A DNA stretch of 64,000 nucleotides from Bacteroidota bacterium (lineage in GTDB: Bacteria > Bacteroidota > Bacteroidia > AKYH767-A > OLB10), in contig JANLZB010000029.1 of NCBI GenBank assembly GCA_031366005.1, positions 24,393 through 88,392 on the forward strand, given 5' to 3'. Positions 48,964 to 57,843 of the stretch are shown here, one piece after another (the stretch's first letter is position 1; each line of letters opens with the position of its first letter). The notes below the pieces were generated by a model that was not told where the DNA came from, ran no database searches, and saw nothing but the letters and a program-made list of their open reading frames with translations. The translations under genes were made by a program, and so were the position numbers.

Positions 48964-49566
48964 ATGAGTGACCAACAGGCAAAAGTTGATCTTTCCCGTT
49001 TCAATTCAGCTGAATTTGATATTGGTGCTTCATGGTTTAAATATGGTATATGGCACTTGTGCAGCATTCTGTTTTTCAACAGCCCGTTTTGTCCTTCAAG
49101 TAAAATACGCGCAACAATACTTCGCTGGTTCGGTGCTAAGGTTGGCAATGGTTTGGTAATGAGTAAGCCGAATGTTAACATTAAATTTCCGTGGCGGTTA
49201 ACCATCGGCAATCATGTGTGGATAGGAGAAAAAGCCTGGATATATAACATTGATCAGGTAAATATTGGTGATAATGTAAATATTGCACAAGGTGCTTTGC
49301 TTTTAACCGGTAATCACAATTATAAGAGTGTGGAGTTTGAAACCATAACAGGTCCGATAATAATTGAAGATGGTGTTTTCATTGGAGCACAATCTATCGT
49401 TTGCCCGGGTGTTACCTGCAAATCACACAGTATTCTCGGTGCAGGTTCTGTTGCCACGCATAATCTTGAACCTTATAAAATTTATATGGGTGTACCTGCA
49501 GTTTATAAAAAAGACCGGGTAGTGATGGAGCGGAATCAGTTAGAGAAGAAGAATGTATCTGTATAA
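48964..49566 (+). CDS. Hexapeptide-repeat (LbH) sugar O-acetyltransferase (WcaF/colanic-acid acetyltransferase-like)
   Basis: Left-handed beta-helix hexapeptide repeats (IGNHVWIGEKAWI, IGDNVNIAQGALL, IEDGVFIGAQSIV). The last ~20 codons appear to have been replaced by an insertion. Confidence 0.8.
   Translation: MSDQQAKVDLSRFNSAEFDIGASWFKYGIWHLCSILFFNSPFCPSSKIRATILRWFGAKVGNGLVMSKPNVNIKFPWRLTIGNHVWIGEKAWIYNIDQVNIGDNVNIAQGALLLTGNHNYKSVEFETITGPIIIEDGVFIGAQSIVCPGVTCKSHSILGAGSVATHNLEPYKIYMGVPAVYKKDRVVMERNQLEKKNVSV
49505..49540. repeat. Direct repeat, copy 1 (within the 3' end of the acetyltransferase gene)
   Basis: tataaaaaagaccgggtagtgatggagcggaatcag. It recurs at 50274-50314 with 1 substitution and 1 indel. 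Confidence 0.85.
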
Positions 49567-49602
49567 ATAATTCTAATAGCGAAATCATATACTTAAATTT
49601 GC

Positions 49603-49896
49603 ATGATGCATTCGCACACTGAAATAGAAAATAAATTACGATTGCTGAAACCTGTTTTAACTGAAACCTATTCAGTAAAAAATATCGGGTATTTTGGCTC
49701 TTATGCTGACCAAAATCAAAATCAACAAAGTGATCTTGACATCCTTGTAGAATTTACCAAACCTGTTGGATGGAATTTTTTTGCTCTGGAAAAATATCTT
49801 GAAGAACAATTTGGTTTAAAGGTGGATTTAGTTACACCCAATGCTCTCAAAGAACAGCTGAAAGAAAGAATATTAAATCAAGTCAGGTTTGTGTGA
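49603..49896 (+). CDS. MntA-type nucleotidyltransferase antitoxin
   Basis: GSYADQNQNQQSDLDILVEF, the minimal nucleotidyltransferase GS-x(n)-D-x-D motif. Confidence 0.8.
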   Translation: MMHSHTEIENKLRLLKPVLTETYSVKNIGYFGSYADQNQNQQSDLDILVEFTKPVGWNFFALEKYLEEQFGLKVDLVTPNALKEQLKERILNQVRFV

Positions 49897-50252
49897 AAAA
49901 GGACGAAAGAAGCTATTTGCTTTTTCTTGAAGACATTCTTCTTTCGATGAATCGGATTGAAGAATATGTGATAGGACTTGACCTTCAGCATTTCAAATGG
50001 GATTATAAAACAGTAGATGCAGTAATACGCAATTTTGAAATTATCGGAGAAGCGTCAAAAAATCTTCCGGATGAATTCAAGTTAAAATACCCGGCTCTTC
50101 CCTGGGAAGAGATGTATCGTTTACGTAACAGAATATCACATGAATACTTTGGAATTGATTACGAGATAATTTGGGATATTGCTAATAATTATATTCCTGT
50201 TAACAGAAAAGAAATAGAAATGATATTAAATAATTTGAAAAACACGAATTAG
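49893..50252 (+). CDS. HepT-type (DUF86) HEPN toxin
   Basis: R-x4-HEY motif (RNRISHEYFGID). 4-nt overlap with the MntA gene. Confidence 0.8.
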   Translation: MKKDERSYLLFLEDILLSMNRIEEYVIGLDLQHFKWDYKTVDAVIRNFEIIGEASKNLPDEFKLKYPALPWEEMYRLRNRISHEYFGIDYEIIWDIANNYIPVNRKEIEMILNNLKNTN

Positions 50253-50273
50253 ATTTTCTTAATGGATACAGCA

Positions 50274-50314
50274 CTTTATAAAAAAGACCGGGTAGTGATG
50301 GAGCCGAATTCAGC
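50274..50314. repeat. Direct repeat, copy 2 (a relic of the acetyltransferase 3' end, downstream of the toxin-antitoxin cassette)
   Basis: tttataaaaaagaccgggtagtgatggagccgaattcag. In frame it encodes YKKDRVVMEPNSAIKNPVTNQIR*, which parallels the ...YKKDRVVMERNQLEKKNVSV* end of the current acetyltransferase. Confidence 0.85.
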
Positions 50315-50479
50315 AATAAAAAATCCTGTGACTAATCAAATCAGATAAGCATTGTTTTTAACCATTTATGCAATGCCATTTTAATTTTAAATTAATTTTA
50401 AAGAACACACAACTTTATTTAAACTTCCCTCGTAAAAAAACGAATGTTAGCTTTGCGCTTTAATTATCAGGATAAATAA

Positions 50480-51076
50480 ATGCAGTCAACCAATATTGTA
50501 AAACAGGATTACAAGATCAGTAAGAAGGATCGCGTTCAGCTATTGAATCAGCGTCCGGTTATTATCTGGCTTACTGGTTTGAGTGGTTCAGGCAAATCAA
50601 CAATTGCTGATCGTTTGGAACAGGAATTGTTTCAGAAAGGATATAAAACTTATTTACTGGATGGCGACAACATTCGCCATGGTTTGAATAAAAATATTGA
50701 TTTTACTGATGATGGAAGAAAAGAAAACATCAGGCGTATAGGCGAAGTGGCAAAGCTGTTTGTGGATGCTGGCATCATTGTTATTACCGCATTTATCTCT
50801 CCCTTTATTGAGGATAGAAACTCAGTGCGTGCATTGGTTGAAAAAAACGAATTTATTGAAGTGTTTGTAGAGTGTCCCATTGAAGTTTGCGAAAGCCGCG
50901 ATGTGAAAGGCTTATATCAGAAAGCACGCAAAGGTGAAATTCCTAATTTTACAGGCATTAGCTCAGCTTTTGAGACTCCATTAAACCCGGAAATAATTGT
51001 GCATACTGCACAGCATACTTTAGAAAATTGTGTGAACCAAATTTTAGATTTTACGTTAAACAGAATTAAAAAATAA
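50480..51076 (+). CDS. cysC: Adenylyl-sulfate (APS) kinase
   Basis: P-loop IWLTGLSGSGKSTIA. The 198-aa length and motifs are typical of CysC. Confidence 0.9.
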   Translation: MQSTNIVKQDYKISKKDRVQLLNQRPVIIWLTGLSGSGKSTIADRLEQELFQKGYKTYLLDGDNIRHGLNKNIDFTDDGRKENIRRIGEVAKLFVDAGIIVITAFISPFIEDRNSVRALVEKNEFIEVFVECPIEVCESRDVKGLYQKARKGEIPNFTGISSAFETPLNPEIIVHTAQHTLENCVNQILDFTLNRIKK

Positions 51077-51083
51077 ATAATAC

Positions 51084-51989
51084 ATGATTCTTTATCATTT
51101 AAATCATTTAAGAGAGTTAGAAGCAGAAGCCATTTACATCATTCGCGAAACAGCTTCTCAATTTGATCGCCCAGCATTATTATTTTCAGGTGGAAAAGAT
51201 TCCATCGTGATGACACATCTTGCACAAAAAGCATTTTATCCGGCACGCATTCCCTTTCCTTTGGTGCACGTTGATACAGGACATAACTTTCCTGAAACAA
51301 TAACTTTCCGTGATGAGATGGTGGAAAGAATTGGCGCGCAATTAATAGTGCGATATGTTCAGGATTCAATTGATAAAGGGCGTGCTAAAGAAGAGAAAGG
51401 TCCGAATGCAAGTCGTAATGTATTGCAGACAGTCACTTTGTTAGATGCATTGGAAGAATTAAAAATTGATGCTGCATTAGGCGGTGCCCGCAGGGATGAA
51501 GAAAAGGCTCGTGCTAAAGAACGTTTCTTTTCACATCGTGATGACTTCGGCCAGTGGGATCCAAAAAATCAGCGCCCTGAATTATGGAATTTATTAAACG
51601 GAAGAAAAAATGTTGGTGAACACTTCCGTGTGTTTCCGCTCAGCAACTGGACAGAAATGGATGTGTGGCAATACATTCAATTAGAGAAATTAGAAATACC
51701 AACTATTTATTTCTCTCACGTTCGTGATATTGTGGAGCGTGATGGAATGTTGTTGTATGCTTCTGAATTTATTACAATACGACCAAATGAAGAAGTACAA
51801 AAACGTGTTGTTCGTTACCGCACCGTTGGTGACATGACTTGCACCGGTGCAGTAGCATCTCCTGCAAGCACACTGGATGAAATTATTGATGAAGTGGCAA
51901 CAAGCAGAACTACAGAACGTGGTACACGTGCAGATGATAAGCGAAGCGAGAGTGCAATGGAAGACAGAAAAAAAGCAGGATACTTTTAA
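51084..51989 (+). CDS. cysD: Sulfate adenylyltransferase subunit 2
   Basis: PAPS-reductase-like PP-loop (LLFSGGKDS) and a CysD-specific C-terminal region. Confidence 0.9.
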   Translation: MILYHLNHLRELEAEAIYIIRETASQFDRPALLFSGGKDSIVMTHLAQKAFYPARIPFPLVHVDTGHNFPETITFRDEMVERIGAQLIVRYVQDSIDKGRAKEEKGPNASRNVLQTVTLLDALEELKIDAALGGARRDEEKARAKERFFSHRDDFGQWDPKNQRPELWNLLNGRKNVGEHFRVFPLSNWTEMDVWQYIQLEKLEIPTIYFSHVRDIVERDGMLLYASEFITIRPNEEVQKRVVRYRTVGDMTCTGAVASPASTLDEIIDEVATSRTTERGTRADDKRSESAMEDRKKAGYF

Positions 51990-52052
51990 AAAAAATGTTG
52001 AATGTTGAGTTATGAATTATAAATTGAATAAAAACATATTCATAAGTAACAG

Positions 52053-52087
52053 TAACTCATAACTCATAACTCAAAATTCAAAATTCA
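52053..52087. repeat. Tandem heptamers (3x TAACTCA, then 2x AAAATTCA) in the unusually long cysD-cysN spacer
   Basis: agtaactcataactcataactcaaaattcaaaattcaaaactta. Confidence 0.8.
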
Positions 52088-52110
52088 AAACTTAAAATTA
52101 AAATAAAGCA

Positions 52111-53385
52111 ATGAGCAATTACAGCCAGGAAGGCTATTTGAATATGGAGCTGTTACGATTTACAACAGCAGGAAGTGTTGACGATGGAAAAAGTACATTG
52201 ATCGGACGTTTATTGTACGATAGCAAATCAATTTTTGAAGACCAGATAGAAGCCATTGAAAGAACAAGTAAACAGAAAGGCTTTGAACATGTTGACCTTA
52301 GTTTATTAACTGATGGTTTGCGTGCTGAACGTGAACAGGGAATTACAATTGATGTTGCTTATCGTTACTTCGCTACACCGCGCAGAAAATTTATCATTGC
52401 AGATACACCCGGACATATTCAATATACACGCAACATGGTTACGGGTGCATCCACTGCAAACGTTGCACTTATATTAGTGGATGCGCGCAAAGGTGTTTTA
52501 GAACAAACCATCCGACATTCGTTTATTGCAGCGTTATTGCAAATTCCTCATCTTATCATTTGCATTAACAAAATGGATCTGGTGGATTATAATGAGGAGG
52601 CTTATTGGAAGGTAGTGGAAGAATATAAAAAGCTTTCTTCAAAGCTTGAAATAAAAGATGTAACATTTATTCCTGTGAGTGCATTGAAAGGAGATAACGT
52701 GGTGGATAAGAGTGAAAACATGCCATGGTATAAAGGCACCACACTAATGTATCTCTTGGAAAATATTCACATCAGCAGTGATGAAAATCATATTGACTGC
52801 AGGTTTCCGATTCAGTATGTAATACGTCCGCAGCAAACAGAATATCATGATTACCGTGGTTATGCCGGACGCATTGCGAGTGGAATTTTTAAACCTGGTG
52901 ATAAAATAAAAGTGTTGCCTAACGGTGAATCGGCTACAGTTAAAACGATTGAAATATTTGGTAAGGAAATTAAGGAAGCTTATTCTCCAATGTCAGTAAC
53001 AATGACACTTGATCGCGATGTAGATATAAGCCGTGGAGATATGTTGGTACGTGAAAACAATCTTCCGGAAGTTGCAAATGAACTCGATGTAATGGTTTGC
53101 TGGATGCATACAAATAAATTGCAGCCTGGTGGAAAATATATTTTACGTCATACCACACGCGAAGCCCGTTGCGTGGTAAAAGATGTTCGTTATAAAGTTG
53201 ACATCAATACACTTCATCGTAATGAAATAGATAAAGAAATTGGCATGAATGACATTGCACGGATTCAAATCAAGTCAGCCGTTCCATTGTATCATGATCC
53301 TTATCGTAAAAACAGAACCACAGGAAGTGTAATTTTAATTGACGAAGGCACTAATGAAACTGTGGCTGCAGGAATGATCGTATAA
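52111..53385 (+). CDS. cysN: Sulfate adenylyltransferase subunit 1 (GTPase)
   Basis: GTPase G1 GSVDDGKST, G3 DTPGH and G4 NKMD. The 424-aa length means it is not fused to an APS-kinase domain, which is consistent with a separate cysC gene. Confidence 0.9.
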   Translation: MSNYSQEGYLNMELLRFTTAGSVDDGKSTLIGRLLYDSKSIFEDQIEAIERTSKQKGFEHVDLSLLTDGLRAEREQGITIDVAYRYFATPRRKFIIADTPGHIQYTRNMVTGASTANVALILVDARKGVLEQTIRHSFIAALLQIPHLIICINKMDLVDYNEEAYWKVVEEYKKLSSKLEIKDVTFIPVSALKGDNVVDKSENMPWYKGTTLMYLLENIHISSDENHIDCRFPIQYVIRPQQTEYHDYRGYAGRIASGIFKPGDKIKVLPNGESATVKTIEIFGKEIKEAYSPMSVTMTLDRDVDISRGDMLVRENNLPEVANELDVMVCWMHTNKLQPGGKYILRHTTREARCVVKDVRYKVDINTLHRNEIDKEIGMNDIARIQIKSAVPLYHDPYRKNRTTGSVILIDEGTNETVAAGMIV

Positions 53386-53460
53386 TATAAGCAGCAGTAA
53401 ACAGTGGCAGTATTCAGTTCTGCCTCCTGTTGCTGCTTACTGCTGTTAACACAATAAATA

Positions 53461-54279
53461 ATGGACAACTACAACCCCTTACTCTCTCTCGCATTAAAAG
53501 CAGCAGTGATTGCTGGTAAAGAAATTAATAAAGTTTATTCCGGTGAAATCACTGTTGAGTTAAAACAGGATCAGTCGCCACTAACAGAAGCGGATAAACG
53601 TTCTCATGATAAAATTGTTGAAGTTTTATCTGAATCCATGTTGCCTGTTTTAAGCGAAGAAGGCAAGGCGATTGATTTCACTGAACGCAGCAAATGGAAA
53701 ATGTTCTGGATGATTGATCCTCTTGATGGCACTAAAGAATTTATTAAACGCAATGGAGAATTTACAGTAAACATTGCTTTGATCAGAAATGATGAACCGG
53801 TGATGGGTGTAATTTATGCTCCTGTAATTGATGTATTGTATTTCGGTTGTGAAGGAACAGGCAGTTATCGTGTGGAGGCGGATGAAGAGCATTTATCACA
53901 CCTTATCCAATCCAATCATGTTGCCGATCGTTTTGTAAGTGCATCCAAAAAGCTTCCGTTAAAAAAAGAAGAAAAAAAATTTACTGTTGTTGCAAGCCGT
54001 TCTCACATGAGTGAAGAAACGCAAAAATTTATTGAATCACTTCGCGAAAAACACGGAGAAGTCAACCTGATCTCCAAAGGAAGTTCATTAAAACTTTGTT
54101 TAGTCGCAGAAGGCAGTGCTGATGTTTACCCGCGTTTTGCTCCTACTATGGAATGGGACACAGCGGCAGGACAAGCCATTGCACGTTATGCAGGTTTTAA
54201 AGTTTTAAATGTGCTCGATAAAAATCCGATGCTTTACAACAAAACGGAATTATTGAATCCGTGGTTTATTGTGGAGTGA
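53461..54279 (+). CDS. cysQ: 3'(2'),5'-bisphosphate nucleotidase (inositol-monophosphatase family)
   Basis: WMIDPLDGTKEF and downstream WD/GG motifs of the IMPase/CysQ family. Confidence 0.85.
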   Translation: MDNYNPLLSLALKAAVIAGKEINKVYSGEITVELKQDQSPLTEADKRSHDKIVEVLSESMLPVLSEEGKAIDFTERSKWKMFWMIDPLDGTKEFIKRNGEFTVNIALIRNDEPVMGVIYAPVIDVLYFGCEGTGSYRVEADEEHLSHLIQSNHVADRFVSASKKLPLKKEEKKFTVVASRSHMSEETQKFIESLREKHGEVNLISKGSSLKLCLVAEGSADVYPRFAPTMEWDTAAGQAIARYAGFKVLNVLDKNPMLYNKTELLNPWFIVE

Positions 54280-54327
54280 AAAATCCAATACCGGTTTAAG
54301 TATTAATTTTGATAAAAACAATGGAAC

Positions 54328-54543
54328 ATGAGAGCTGTCGAATTTAAAACCCGAGTAAAGAAAAATTCATTGCCTATTCCGGATCGCTTGCAAACCGAAA
54401 TAAATGCTGCAAAATCAAAAGATGTGCGTGTAATAGTTTTAATAGATGAAACAGAATCATTAGAAGAAATAGATTTTAAAAATATTGCAAAGGAGCAGTT
54501 TTTAAAAGGTTATGATGATGTTGACGCTGTTTATGACAACTAA
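54328..54543 (+). CDS. Putative antitoxin (small acidic protein upstream of PemK/MazF)
   Basis: 71 aa, sharing the TAATG stop/start overlap with the toxin gene. It is not an obvious AbrB/MazE fold. Confidence 0.5.
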   Translation: MRAVEFKTRVKKNSLPIPDRLQTEINAAKSKDVRVIVLIDETESLEEIDFKNIAKEQFLKGYDDVDAVYDN

Positions 54544-54872
54544 TGCAGATGCCTGATTTAAAATTCGGAGATATTGTTTTAATTAAATTCCCTTTTACTG
54601 ATGGTAAAGGTTTTAAAAAACGCCCCGCTCTGGTTATAAGAAATTCTGATGATGGAGATATTCTTGTGTGCCGTATCACAGGAAAAAAATATGATACTTC
54701 TTTTGATATAGATTTAAAAAACTGGAGTCATTACGGATTAAAATTACCATCAGTAATCAGGACTCATAAATTAGTTACATTAGAATCTGATCTAGTAGAA
54801 GAAAAATTAGGAGTTATAAAGACGGTGGATAAAAACTCAGTAAAAGCACTTTTTAAAAAACTTCCAGGATAA
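54543..54872 (+). CDS. PemK/MazF-family type II toxin (mRNA interferase)
   Basis: GDIVLIKFPFTDGKGFKKRPALVI...SVIRTHKLVTLE, the canonical PemK/MazF core. Confidence 0.8.
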   Translation: MQMPDLKFGDIVLIKFPFTDGKGFKKRPALVIRNSDDGDILVCRITGKKYDTSFDIDLKNWSHYGLKLPSVIRTHKLVTLESDLVEEKLGVIKTVDKNSVKALFKKLPG

Positions 54873-55004
54873 AACAAACCACTGCACGGTTCTCCTTCTT
54901 CTTATAACATCCAATTAAAGAAATAAAAAAAAGGCCTTTGTTCGTTAAAAGTGTGCTGGTGCTTCTAACAAACAGATTAGCATACACACCGACACATTGA
55001 AAGG

Positions 55005-55931
55005 TTAAAGAATTGTATTTTGCTTGCCAGCCATAACTGAATCACGCTCTGATTTTCTTTCTGTAATTACCGGAAGAAAATTTTCAATTTCCGTATTTAA
55101 TTCTTCTTCGTTATGATGTGTTGCAAGATAGTTATCTGGTAATTGCAACCATGGTTTTCGTTTACCAAAAGGATAAGAACCGAAAATAATTACAGGAGTT
55201 CCATAAGCAGCTATGTTATGATCGTCAATCAATATCCATTGTTCAGCCCAATCATAAAACCAATGAGCATCTTCTTCATACAATCGCATGCAGGCATGTG
55301 ATGCCGGGAAACCTGGTAAGTCGTATTGATGTAATGAAACACCTCTTGCATTATCAAGATTAAAATACCAGTTTAACTTCCAGTCAGGATTTTCTGTACT
55401 GATTGTTTGCTTTGCTTTCCAGTTTGTAAAATACAAACCAGTAGGTGTAGGAGTGCTGCGTTTGCCCATACTTGTTGATCCCCAGCGGACAAGATTACCA
55501 TATTCGTAAGCTGCAAACATTTGCGAATAGTATGAAAAGAAAATCAGTTTAGGAATATCTTTTATAAGTATTAAGCTATCCGGAAAAGGGCTATACCTTT
55601 TTAAATCTTCAATGAATGTATCAGGAACAACCAGCGTATCCACTTTCCAAACATGTTCAAAGTCAACACGGTTCAATGCGAGAATTAATTTCAGGTTTTC
55701 AGGGCTAAATTTATCTTTCAATTGTGTGATCAGTAAACTGTCAAGAGGAAGATAATGATAAGTGATTGCTGAAAGGATGGAATCATGTTGAATGGTATCA
55801 GTCCTTAAGGCTTCAATAACCGGTTTAATTTCTTTCTCACTTTTTTTATCCTCATTTGTATGTTGATTACATGAAATGGTAAACACACTAACCGCAGTTA
55901 AAAAGAAAAAATTAATTTTTGGAGGGAACAT
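55005..55931 (-). CDS. L,D-transpeptidase-family protein (YkuD domain)
   Basis: Catalytic region GVSLHQYDLPGFPASHACMRL (His...Ser-His-x-Cys). Signal peptide or lipobox (…VFTISC) after the revised start. Confidence 0.65.
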   Translation of the reverse strand: MFPPKINFFFLTAVSVFTISCNQHTNEDKKSEKEIKPVIEALRTDTIQHDSILSAITYHYLPLDSLLITQLKDKFSPENLKLILALNRVDFEHVWKVDTLVVPDTFIEDLKRYSPFPDSLILIKDIPKLIFFSYYSQMFAAYEYGNLVRWGSTSMGKRSTPTPTGLYFTNWKAKQTISTENPDWKLNWYFNLDNARGVSLHQYDLPGFPASHACMRLYEEDAHWFYDWAEQWILIDDHNIAAYGTPVIIFGSYPFGKRKPWLQLPDNYLATHHNEEELNTEIENFLPVITERKSERDSVMAGKQNTIL

Positions 55932-56001
55932 TAAAAAATCAGGAGGCAAACCTAATCAAAACCATTAAGTTCGGTTTTCATTTGGAAGAATTGCAAAACA
56001 A

Positions 56002-57837
56002 TTATTCCACAGTTACACTCTTCGCAAGATTCCTCGGTTGATCAACATTGCAACCACGCATCACAGCAATGTGATAAGAAAGAAGTTGCAACGGAATAAC
56101 GGAAACCAAAGGCACCAGTACATCATCTGTTTCAGGAATTTCAATAACATAGTCAGCAAGTTTTTTAACTTCCACGTCACCTTCAGTTACAATGGCAATG
56201 ATGGTTCCTTTGCGTGCTTTAACTTCCTGTATGTTGCTAACTACTTTTTCATAAGATGAATTCTTAGTTGCAATTACAACCACAGGCATGTTCTCATCTA
56301 TTAAAGCGATTGGTCCGTGTTTCATCTCAGCAGCAGGATATCCTTCCGCATGGATATATGAAATCTCTTTGAGTTTCAACGCTCCTTCTAATGCAACAGG
56401 AAATCCATAACCACGTCCTAAGTATAAAAAGTTTTTAGAGTCTTTAAATTTTGCTGCAATCTCTTTTACTTTATCATTTGATTTTAAAGCTGTCTCCACC
56501 TTGGCGGGAATCTTCTCCAGCTCATTTAACAATTGACGGAAACGTGATTCTGTTATAGTTCCTTTTTTATGCGCTATCTGCAATGCAAGCAAAGTCAACA
56601 CTGTTACCTGGGCTGTAAATGCTTTGGTAGATGCAACACCAATCTCAGGACCAGCGTGCGTATACGAACCAGCGTGTGTGGCACGTGGAATGGATGATCC
56701 AACCACATTGCAAATTCCCATCACAGTAACGCCTTTTGATTTCGCTAATTCAACTGCAGCTAAAGTATCTGCCGTTTCCCCTGACTGTGAAATAGCAATC
56801 AATACATCATCATCATAAAGCACAGGATTGCGGTAACGGAATTCAGAAGCATATTCTACCTCCACAGGAATTCGTGCTAAGTCTTCAATCAAATATTCTG
56901 CAACCAAACCAGCGTGCCACGAAGTTCCGCAGGCAGCAATTAAAAAACGTTTGGCATTAATTAATTTTTTTTCAAACTCGCGTAAGCCACCAAGCTTAAG
57001 TGTTCCCAGCTTTGCATTAAATCTTCCGCGCATACTGTCAGCAATGGAACGTGGCTGCTCATAAATTTCTTTGAGCATGAAATGATCATAACCACCTTTC
57101 TCCAACATCTCTAACTGTAGTTCCAGTTCCTGCACATAAGGAATCTTTACCTGGTTCTCAATTGTTTTTACTGTGAGCTTACCATTTTCTATAACGGCTA
57201 CTTCACCATCATTAAGGTAAGCTACATTCTTGGTGTATTCAACAATAGGAGTTGCATCAGAAGCAACAAAAAATTCGTCCTTGCCAATACCCACCACAAT
57301 AGGGCTTCCCTTACGTGCTGCGATTAATTTATTGGGTTCGTTTCTGCTAAGCACAACAATGGCATAAGCTCCTACAACTTCACCTAATGCTAAACGTACT
57401 GCTTCTTCAAGGGCGACACTACCCTTATTATAAATTGCTTCTATCAGATGTATTAAAACCTCTGTATCAGTATCACTATTAAAAGTATGCCCCTGGTTTA
57501 TAAGCTCTTTTTTTATAGGCGCATAATTCTCAATAATACCATTATGGATAATTGCAAAATCATTGCTTTGCGAAAAATGCGGATGCGCATTTCTATCGTT
57601 TGGTTCACCATGAGTAGCCCAACGGGTGTGACCCATTCCAACATTTCCACGTAAGTTTTTGTCCTGCACAAATTCAGCAAGATCGCTTACCTTACCGGCT
57701 TTCTTATACACATTTAATTCGCCATTTAGCAATGCGACACCGGCACTGTCATAGCCACGGTATTCTAACCGCTGAAGTCCTTTGATAATGATCGGGTAAG
57801 CTTCACGTTTACCGATATAAGCAACAATTCCACACAT
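56002..57837 (-). CDS. glmS: Glutamine--fructose-6-phosphate aminotransferase
   Basis: Begins MCGIVAYIG (Ntn-Cys), has two SIS domains and ends ...KSVTVE. 611 aa. Confidence 0.95.
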   Translation of the reverse strand: MCGIVAYIGKREAYPIIIKGLQRLEYRGYDSAGVALLNGELNVYKKAGKVSDLAEFVQDKNLRGNVGMGHTRWATHGEPNDRNAHPHFSQSNDFAIIHNGIIENYAPIKKELINQGHTFNSDTDTEVLIHLIEAIYNKGSVALEEAVRLALGEVVGAYAIVVLSRNEPNKLIAARKGSPIVVGIGKDEFFVASDATPIVEYTKNVAYLNDGEVAVIENGKLTVKTIENQVKIPYVQELELQLEMLEKGGYDHFMLKEIYEQPRSIADSMRGRFNAKLGTLKLGGLREFEKKLINAKRFLIAACGTSWHAGLVAEYLIEDLARIPVEVEYASEFRYRNPVLYDDDVLIAISQSGETADTLAAVELAKSKGVTVMGICNVVGSSIPRATHAGSYTHAGPEIGVASTKAFTAQVTVLTLLALQIAHKKGTITESRFRQLLNELEKIPAKVETALKSNDKVKEIAAKFKDSKNFLYLGRGYGFPVALEGALKLKEISYIHAEGYPAAEMKHGPIALIDENMPVVVIATKNSSYEKVVSNIQEVKARKGTIIAIVTEGDVEVKKLADYVIEIPETDDVLVPLVSVIPLQLLSYHIAVMRGCNVDQPRNLAKSVTVE

Positions 57838-57843
57838 GATTAT

